NCBI RefSeq assembly: GCF_000092105.1
Contig: NC_014148.1
Coordinates: forward strand, 1,590,001 to 1,622,000
DNA: 32,000 nt
Direction of reading: 5' to 3'
From: Planctopirus limnophila DSM 3776
GTDB taxonomy: Bacteria; Planctomycetota; Planctomycetia; Planctomycetales; Planctomycetaceae
The position numbers and the translations under genes were made by a program. Positions 25,603-32,000 of this stretch are shown piece after piece. The notes beneath the pieces were generated by a model that worked only from the letters and a program-made list of their open reading frames with translations, made no database searches and had not been told where the DNA came from. Numbering within the stretch: the stretch's first letter is position 1; the number at the start of each line of letters is the position of its first letter.

Positions 25603-26725
25603 GAGTTGCTGGTGCAGGTGGCCAAGTCCTGGGGGCAGGCTGAGTAGCATCCTTGTCTTGCGGGGAAGTTGGCGGTGGCTGAGTTTCCAGGCCTTGCACT
25701 TCAAAGATCGATAGCGATTGATCCTTGCTGACAGTGATCAGTCGATTGGCTGATGGACTCAGTGCCACTCCGGTAATCTGAGATGTGTGGGATTCATCCA
25801 GGGCCAGTTGGTCGCCCGAATCGACAGTCCAGATGTGAGTTTCGTTCTTACCGGCAAATCGCCCCCCTGAACCTGTAATGGCAATAGGGAGCCGGGGAGA
25901 TTGACTGGTCGCGGTGACAATTCTTCGAACTGGTCGGGCATGGCCACCATAAAAGCCTAATGGCTGTCCGTCTTTGGTCTGAAAGACAAAACACTTCTCA
26001 TCGAGACCACCGCAAATCAGGAAATCACTTTGAGGTGTGAATTGAATCGCCAGGACAGGGCGTTCAAATCCCGTCAGCTTGTGAAGCACCTCACCAGTGG
26101 TCGCTTCTCGAAGAAACACTTCGCCAGCTTTGAAGGCTCGAGTCTCATCGCCTGCCGATGTCGCCAACCATTCACCAGAGGGAGACCAGGCCACGCTGGT
26201 GACCGGGAAACCGTGATCAATCAGCATTAACTGGCGCTGGGCCGTTTCAACCAGAAAGACTCGGGTGGCTTCATCGTCACAGGCCGTTACCAGTTGTTTC
26301 CCATCCGGGCTCCACGCCAGATCCAGCACATAACCACGGTGGCCGGGAAGTGTTTTCAGCGGTTCCAGAGTAGGGTTTCCATCTGTCCCTGCGTTAACTT
26401 TCAATAGCTGTACGGATTGGTAACTTCCAGCCGCCAGCGTCGATCCGTCTGGTGAAAACGCGAGTCCACGCACTTGACCTGCGGGCCAGTTCCAAGTGTG
26501 AAGTTTGGAACCGTCCAGATGGGTCAGCAGGATCGATTTATCGAGTCCCACTGCAATCCACGGCTGGTGTGGATGTGCTGCGACAGAATAGGCTGGCCCA
26601 TCAAGTTTTACCGTTTTGACCGACTTCAGCTTGATGGTGGGGAGATCCTGAGCCTGCGTTTCGAGGGCGCAGAGCATCACACCGAATCCGGCAATGAGCC
26701 AAAGCAGCCAGCGTTGATGGGTCAT
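25592..26725 (-). CDS. Secreted WD40-repeat beta-propeller protein with a Pro-rich C-terminus
   Basis: ATG 26725 gives a signal peptide, MTHQRWLLWLIAGFGVMLCALETQAQD. Repeated blades carry motifs such as V.GLAFSPDGSTLA, LAWSPDGKQLVT and VAWSPSGEWLAT. The longest ORF extends to 26806. Confidence 0.8.
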   Translation of the reverse strand: MTHQRWLLWLIAGFGVMLCALETQAQDLPTIKLKSVKTVKLDGPAYSVAAHPHQPWIAVGLDKSILLTHLDGSKLHTWNWPAGQVRGLAFSPDGSTLAAGSYQSVQLLKVNAGTDGNPTLEPLKTLPGHRGYVLDLAWSPDGKQLVTACDDEATRVFLVETAQRQLMLIDHGFPVTSVAWSPSGEWLATSAGDETRAFKAGEVFLREATTGEVLHKLTGFERPVLAIQFTPQSDFLICGGLDEKCFVFQTKDGQPLGFYGGHARPVRRIVTATSQSPRLPIAITGSGGRFAGKNETHIWTVDSGDQLALDESHTSQITGVALSPSANRLITVSKDQSLSIFEVQGLETQPPPTSPQDKDATQPAPRTWPPAPATPRE

Positions 26726-26883
26726 CACAAAGGGAATCCTTTTTCGTGTGGCAATCGTCCGTTGATTCGAAGTGATCACGAGTTGATATCCGGCGTCTTC
26801 CCGCAATCAGTTTTCCAAATTGCCGTTGGGCGGATAGTCAATCAATGAATGACAGACCATCTGTACTTCAAACCGACATGGTC

Positions 26884-26932
26884 GAAGTTGCAAGTTGAAT
26901 TTCGTGAGATCAAGTTTCAATGGATCAAGTTT
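26884..26932. repeat. Cluster of AAGTT-core direct repeats, including an exact 10-mer GATCAAGTTT twice, 15 nt apart
   Basis: gAAGTTgcAAGTTgaatttcgtgaGATCAAGTTTcaatgGATCAAGTTTtacc. The exact copies are at 26908-26917 and 26923-26932. Confidence 0.5.
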
Positions 26933-27399
26933 TACCGGTATCGAAGATTTCGAAAGTCAAGGCATGCCCAGACTGATTTCGCATTCTCACTCACCCAAGA
27001 TGCCGTCAGGAATGTCAAACAATTCTACCAATATCGATAACCACGCATGTGATGCTGAAACGCCTTGACCCTGCAAGTGTGCAGTTTACTCTCAGAAGAA
27101 CTGAAAGGGATCGTCTGCATGGCCAGAAGTTCATTTCCGGGAAAAACCATGGCTGAAGTGATTGCAGGTTTCCTGTAAGATCGGAATGATGAAGGCTGTA
27201 TGAAGCTTGGATCATGCTCAAAGACTGAAGTTGGTCGGTTCATTTCGTTGATGAGTTGAACACATCAGCTGCTGAGCCTGAGCTATGGATTGAAGCTGTG
27301 TGAATACAGCCGGGAAACTTGAAGCTGCAAACTTCTCAATGGCAATTCAATTGTGATTTGGAAAAATTGCTCGAGTGCTTCGAGATTCGACTTTGATAA

Positions 27400-27461
27400 T
27401 GTTTTGACGGTACAAGGTTTGTCAGTAATAGGTTTGTCGGCTCAATCTTTGTTCGATTGAG
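27400..27461. promoter_or_regulatory. Four phased TTTG-core repeats at exact 15-nt spacing; the last copy sits in the loop of a 7-bp hairpin. The array ends 59 nt upstream of the purF ATG.
   Basis: TTTG occurs at 27403, 27418, 27433 and 27448. The two central copies are an exact 9-mer, AGGTTTGTC (27415-27423 and 27430-27438). The hairpin is ctcaatc-tttgttc-gattgag (27441-27461). Confidence 0.45.
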
Positions 27462-27519
27462 TGTGGATAATCCTGATGATTCGAAATGTCTGGTTGACTT
27501 CTAACGGGAATCCAGCGAC

Positions 27520-29127
27520 ATGGCGGAATTGCATCACGAGTGCGGTGTAGCGGCGATCTACCACTTGCCTGGATTGGTGGAGAGCCCGCTGGCACCGCGA
27601 CAGGGAGCAAGTCATACCTCGTGGCATATGCCGCGACTTTTGCTGGAGATTCAAAACCGAGGGCAACTGGCCGCCGGGATGACGTCGTACGATCCCGAAA
27701 GTGCCCAGATTCTGGAAACCCACAAAGATGTGGGGACGGTTTCAGAAGTTTTTGACATTCAGCATCAGGATCGATATCTCCCCTTGATGCAAAGGCTCAA
27801 GGGGCCGGCAGCCATCGGGCATGTTCGTTATGCGACTTGTGGCAAAGAAGACCGCTGTTATGCCCATCCTTTCGAGCGGACGCATATCGAGAAGAACAAG
27901 TGGTTTTCGTTTGCCTTCAACGGGCAGATTGCCAACTACACACAGTTGATGGAAGAGATTCAGGCCAAGCGGGAGTTTCATCTCGCCCGACAGACCGATA
28001 CTGAAATTCTGATGCACCTGATTTCGCAGCAGCTTTCCGGTGACCGCCGCCCCTCGCTGGTCGAGCTGTTGACTGAACTCTCCAAAAAGCTGGATGGGGC
28101 TTACAACATTGTCTTTCTGAATGCACTGGGTGAAATGTTTGTCGCCCGTGATCCACTGGGGCTGCGGCCACTGTGCTACGCCATCGAAGGGCCCATGTTC
28201 GCCGCCGCCAGTGAGAGTGTGGCCCTGTCGAATCTTGGCTTTCGCAATGAGAACATTCACACGCTGGCCCCTGGCCATGCTGTCATTATTCAAAACAATC
28301 AGATCGAAGTGAAAAAATTTGCCGAATCACCCAAGACGGCGCATTGCTTCTTCGAGTGGATCTATTTCGCCAACGTGGCCAGTACGCTTGATGATCGCAG
28401 TGTTTATCTCTCGCGGAAAGCTCTTGGCGAAGAACTTGCTGCCCTCGAAGATATCGAGCGTGGTGACGACCTGATCGTGGTTCCTGTTCCTGATACTTCG
28501 AAAGCTGCCGCTGACGCAATGGCTTACAAACTGGGGGTGCCCAGTCTCGAAGGGCTGATTCGTAATCGATACATCGGGCGGACGTTTATCGAAGGCAAAG
28601 ATCGCGCCGATAAAGCCCGGCTCAAGTACACGCCTCTTCGTGAAGTTCTCGAAGGGAAGCGGGTGCTGCTGGTCGAAGATACCATTGTTCGCTCCACGAC
28701 AATGCAGGTGCTGATTTCGCAATTGCGTGAGCGTGGCGGTGCCAAAGAAGTTCATGTTCGCGTCGCCTGCCCCCCCATTGTGGCGCCTTGTTTCTACGGG
28801 ATCGATATGTCATCGATCAGCGAGCTCTTCGCACCTCGATTTATTCAGTCGAATGCCGAACTGACGACGGAAGTTCAGGCAGAGATGGCTCGCGTGCTGG
28901 GGGCCGACTCTTTGCGATATCTGCCATTGCCTGCCATTGCTCGTAGCCTGGGCATGTCGGAAGGGAAGCTGTGCCGGGGTTGCTTGACGGGTGAATACCC
29001 CACACCGATGGGTGAGCAGCTCTATCAACTGGCTGTGGATGATGCCGCCAAGAAGCGACAAGGGATCCACGTCGCCCCTCGCAGAACTTACGAACAGACC
29101 CAGGTTGTCGCTTGTTCGACCAACTAA
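27520..29127 (+). CDS. purF: Amidophosphoribosyltransferase (glutamine PRPP amidotransferase), propeptide-containing [4Fe-4S] type
   Basis: [13 protein letters not shown] shows the Ntn-Cys after a 7-residue propeptide. The PRPP loop is [13 protein letters not shown]. Cys residues in [14 protein letters not shown] and [10 protein letters not shown] match the Fe-S ligand pattern of B. subtilis-type PurF. Confidence 0.95.
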   Translation: MAELHHECGVAAIYHLPGLVESPLAPRQGASHTSWHMPRLLLEIQNRGQLAAGMTSYDPESAQILETHKDVGTVSEVFDIQHQDRYLPLMQRLKGPAAIGHVRYATCGKEDRCYAHPFERTHIEKNKWFSFAFNGQIANYTQLMEEIQAKREFHLARQTDTEILMHLISQQLSGDRRPSLVELLTELSKKLDGAYNIVFLNALGEMFVARDPLGLRPLCYAIEGPMFAAASESVALSNLGFRNENIHTLAPGHAVIIQNNQIEVKKFAESPKTAHCFFEWIYFANVASTLDDRSVYLSRKALGEELAALEDIERGDDLIVVPVPDTSKAAADAMAYKLGVPSLEGLIRNRYIGRTFIEGKDRADKARLKYTPLREVLEGKRVLLVEDTIVRSTTMQVLISQLRERGGAKEVHVRVACPPIVAPCFYGIDMSSISELFAPRFIQSNAELTTEVQAEMARVLGADSLRYLPLPAIARSLGMSEGKLCRGCLTGEYPTPMGEQLYQLAVDDAAKKRQGIHVAPRRTYEQTQVVACSTN

Positions 29128-29274
29128 GACTTGCTTTGTTGATCGACATCGCCACACGTCAATGGGAGCAGATTTCTCCCTGACGATGGAGACGGTCAAC
29201 CGTGAGGTTGAGCTCCGCCTGTCTGGGCTTGTTGTCTCCTGCCGTCGGTGAGTGATCTTTCTTTCGATGAGGAT

Positions 29275-29340
29275 GTTTCAAGGTTTTGAAACTTTGTATT
29301 CTCATTGTGGAATCGGCAGGCTGGGGCCTGTCTTTCGAAT
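29275..29340 (+). terminator. Two candidate terminator hairpins between purF and dnaE
   Basis: The first is gtttcaa-ggtt-ttgaaac (29275-29292), followed by tttgtatt. The second is ggcaggc-tggg-gcctgtc (29315-29332, one G-U pair), followed by tttcgaat. Both are short and their U-tracts are weak. Confidence 0.35.
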
Positions 29341-29358
29341 TGGAAAGTGTCCCGAATC

Positions 29359-32000
29359 ATGACTTCATCACGCCCCTTCGCACACCTGCATTGTCACTCA
29401 CAGTTTAGCCTGCTGGATGGTGCGACAAGACTCGACGGTCTGATCAAAAAAGTTAAAGCTTCGGGGATGAACTCCGTCGCGATTACCGATCATGGGAATC
29501 TGTATGGCGCGCTCGACTTCTATCTGATGGCCAAAGGGGCTGGCGTTAACCCCATCCTGGGGATGGAAGCTTACATTGCTCCCGGGTCACGACTCGAAAA
29601 GTCCGGGGCCTCTCGTATGAAAGAGGCCAGTTACCATCTGACACTGCTGGCCATGAACCGAGTGGGATTCCAGAATCTTGTCAAACTTTCGTCCAAGGCA
29701 TTCATTGAGGGCTTTTACTACAAGCCCCGCATCGATAAAGAAATTCTGGAAGCTCACAGCGAAGGATTGATTTGTCTTTCCGGTTGTGCGGCTGGAGAGC
29801 TTTCGCAGCATTTACTAGGTGAGCGATTCGAAGAGGCCGAGAAGCTGTGCCACTGGTATTCGCAGACATTTGGCGACCGCTTTTTTATGGAGATTCAGAA
29901 CGCGGGATATCAGATCCAGCGGGATTGTCTCGAACGGACGGTCGATCTGGCGAAGAAAATGGGCTTACCACTCGTCGCCACCAATGACGCCCACTATCTG
30001 AATACCGAAGATGCCGCTGTTCAGGATGTCCTGCTCTGTGTGAATACGAAGTCGGAACGCAGTGACCCGAAGCGGATGAAAATGGAGGGTAACCAGCTCT
30101 TCGTTCGCACACCCGAGGAGATGTACGCGGCATTTGAGGGTTTCGAAGATGCCGTCGCGAGGTCACAGGAAATTGCTGATCGGGTCGATATTGATCTCGA
30201 CCTGAAGACCAGGCACTTTCCTGTCTTTACCACGCCTGAAAACAAACGGGATATCGATTATCTGCGAGAACTGTGCGAAGAAGGTCTCAAATGGCGTTAT
30301 GGCGAAGAGAATATCCGCCAGGAGCATCGCGATCGACTCGCTTTCGAGCTGAGTGTGATCGAGAAAATGGGCTATCCCAGCTACTTCCTGATTGTGTGGG
30401 ACTTTGTTCGATTTGCTATCGAGAAAGGGATTCCCGCCAGTGCGAGAGGTTCGGCGTGCGGTGCTCTCGTCGCCTATGTGCTAGGGCTGAGTCATGTCTG
30501 CCCCATCAAGTACGATCTCCTCTTTGAACGCTTTCTTGATCCCAGTCGTACCGAGCCACCGGATATCGATATCGACTTCTGCCGGGATCGAAGGCAGGAC
30601 GTGATTGACTACACCAAGGCCAAATACGGCGAAGCGAATGTTTCACAGATTGGCACCTTTGGAACATTGAAGGCCAAGGCCGCCATTCGCGATGTCGGCC
30701 GCGTGTTGGCAGTCCCACTGAAGCGTGTGGATGAGATTGCCAAGCTCGTCCCCGAAGAACTGGGTATTGAGTTAAAAGAGGCGCTAGAGAAAAGCAGTGA
30801 TCTGAAAGCGGCCTACGATACAGACCCGCAGATTCGCGAGCTGTTTGATTACGCCATTCAACTCGAAGGCCTGGCCCGCAGTGCTGGCACTCATGCCGCA
30901 GGTGTGGTGGTTTCTGATCGTCCGATTTCCGACTACGTGCCACTGCAGACCATCAGTGGCAAGACAGACCTTGTCACGCAATGGGAAGGGCCCACAGTCG
31001 AGAAGGCCGGTCTTCTCAAAATGGACTTTCTCGGCCTGCGAAATCTCACAATTCTTGATAAGGCCGTCAAGAACGTTGCTCTTCATCGGGGAGTAACCAT
31101 CGACCCAGTGAAGTTGCCACTCGATGACAAGGAGACTTACGCGCTTCTGCAGCGTGGTGAAACCAAGGGGATCTTTCAGCTCGAATCGGGCGGCATGCGC
31201 GACCTGCTGACCAAGATGAAGCCTGATAGTTTTAACGACATCATTGCAACATCGGCGCTTTATCGCCCTGGGCCACTGGAAGGTGGCATGGTGATGACTT
31301 ATGTCGAAGTGAAGCATAAACGGGCACCGTTGCCGCGTGTTCATCCCATCATGGATACCATCCTGGATGAAACGTACGGCGTGATGGTTTACCAGGAACA
31401 GGTGATGCGAATTTTGAACCGGCTGGGTGGCATCGAATTGCCTCAGTCGTATCAGTGCATCAAAGCCATCAGTAAGAAAAAACTCGAGACAATTGCCAAG
31501 TATAAAGCTCAATTTGTGGAGGGATCGCAGAAGAACGGCTTGCCGGAGGCGAAAGCCACCGAACTGTTCGAAATGATCGAGAAGTTTGCCGGCTATGGCT
31601 TCAACAAATCTCACAGCACGGCCTATGCCGCAGTAGCCTACCAGACCGCTTTTTTGAAAGCGCATTATCCCGCAGAGTTCATGGCAGCGCTTCTTTCGTG
31701 CGAAATGGAAGACACCGACCGGATTAACGAGCATATTGATGATTGCCGGCGGATGAACATTGAGATTGTGCCGCCCGACATCAATCACTGCGATGTGGAA
31801 TTCACGGTTCGCGGGCCACGTCAGGTGGCCTTTGGATTAGGAGCCATCAAAGGTGTTGGTGAGGCGACCACGCAGGCAATTGTCGAAGCTCGACAGTTGA
31901 AAGGCCCTTTCACCAGCATTTTTGATCTGTGTGAACGTGTCGATGCCAAGAGCCTGTCGAAGGGTTCATTGGAAATTCTCGTAAAGGCTGGGGCACTTGA
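29359..32000 (+). CDS. dnaE: DNA polymerase III alpha subunit, N-terminal approx. 880 aa (gene continues past the window end)
   Basis: Absent from the ORF track because there is no stop in the window. The translation is MTSSRPFAHLHCHSQFSLLDGA (PHP domain), AITDHGNLYG, PDIDIDFC, HAAGVVVS, LLKMDFLGLRNLT and YGFNKSHSTAYAAVAYQTAFLKAHYP. The frame is open and uninterrupted to 32000, so there is no intein or split. Confidence 0.97.
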   Translation, partial: MTSSRPFAHLHCHSQFSLLDGATRLDGLIKKVKASGMNSVAITDHGNLYGALDFYLMAKGAGVNPILGMEAYIAPGSRLEKSGASRMKEASYHLTLLAMNRVGFQNLVKLSSKAFIEGFYYKPRIDKEILEAHSEGLICLSGCAAGELSQHLLGERFEEAEKLCHWYSQTFGDRFFMEIQNAGYQIQRDCLERTVDLAKKMGLPLVATNDAHYLNTEDAAVQDVLLCVNTKSERSDPKRMKMEGNQLFVRTPEEMYAAFEGFEDAVARSQEIADRVDIDLDLKTRHFPVFTTPENKRDIDYLRELCEEGLKWRYGEENIRQEHRDRLAFELSVIEKMGYPSYFLIVWDFVRFAIEKGIPASARGSACGALVAYVLGLSHVCPIKYDLLFERFLDPSRTEPPDIDIDFCRDRRQDVIDYTKAKYGEANVSQIGTFGTLKAKAAIRDVGRVLAVPLKRVDEIAKLVPEELGIELKEALEKSSDLKAAYDTDPQIRELFDYAIQLEGLARSAGTHAAGVVVSDRPISDYVPLQTISGKTDLVTQWEGPTVEKAGLLKMDFLGLRNLTILDKAVKNVALHRGVTIDPVKLPLDDKETYALLQRGETKGIFQLESGGMRDLLTKMKPDSFNDIIATSALYRPGPLEGGMVMTYVEVKHKRAPLPRVHPIMDTILDETYGVMVYQEQVMRILNRLGGIELPQSYQCIKAISKKKLETIAKYKAQFVEGSQKNGLPEAKATELFEMIEKFAGYGFNKSHSTAYAAVAYQTAFLKAHYPAEFMAALLSCEMEDTDRINEHIDDCRRMNIEIVPPDINHCDVEFTVRGPRQVAFGLGAIKGVGEATTQAIVEARQLKGPFTSIFDLCERVDAKSLSKGSLEILVKAGAL

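Noticed and set aside
26849-27243. Small ORFs in the purF-upstream spacer (26849-27040 plus strand; 27015-27221 and 27025-27243 minus strand).
   Set aside because: They overlap one another. Their compositions are implausible (for example FYRYRRFRKSRH) and they lack start context or motifs. They are best explained as chance ORFs in A+T-rich non-coding DNA.
26884-27461. Whether the short direct repeats upstream of purF could be a CRISPR array.
   Set aside because: The repeat units are only 9-10 nt with 5-20 nt between them, there are only 2-4 copies, and there are no cas genes. This is not CRISPR architecture.
1-32000. Looked for a defence island, mobile element, prophage, toxin-antitoxin pair, retron/DGR or biosynthetic gene cluster.
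   Set aside because: There is no integrase, transposase, reverse transcriptase, nuclease-NTPase pair, restriction/modification motif or flanking direct repeats. The only compositional deviations are the two A+T-rich spacers. The gene content is core metabolism and envelope functions, so claiming a novel system here would not be supported by the sequence.

Overview
The window is an ordinary, gene-dense chromosomal segment with about 25 protein genes on both strands. Coding lines I hand-counted are roughly 55% G+C. I infer a Planctomycetota-like bacterium from a Tat-signal DUF1501 protein, a secreted WD40 protein, an ECF sigma module and weak Shine-Dalgarno usage. Housekeeping genes dominate: typA (truncated at the window start), an htrA-type protease, thiL, 5-formyl-THF cyclo-ligase, a Bcp peroxiredoxin, a POT peptide transporter, pgk, a gamma-carbonic-anhydrase-like protein, deaD, purF and dnaE (truncated at the window end). 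typA and dnaE are missing from the supplied ORF track because they run off the edges, so I read them directly from the sequence. I found no rRNA, tRNA, CRISPR array, transposase, integrase, phage gene or recognisable defence or toxin gene. I do not see a convincing novel multi-gene system and will not claim one. The leads worth a second look are: (1) a signal-less zinc-PLC/S1-P1-nuclease-like domain fused to helix-hairpin-helix modules (16653-18371); (2) two unusually long A+T-rich non-coding spacers, 887 bp between deaD and the DUF1501 gene and about 794 bp between the WD40 gene and purF, the latter with phased short repeats; (3) a 76-nt near-perfect palindrome between convergent genes (3103-3178); (4) a translationally coupled ECF sigma/anti-sigma module with two downstream envelope proteins; (5) an apparent thiL / large SF2 helicase / 5-FCL operon; (6) an isolated MfnB-like gene. 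All functional calls rest on motifs recognised by eye. No database search or folding calculation was possible, and start codons are approximate.
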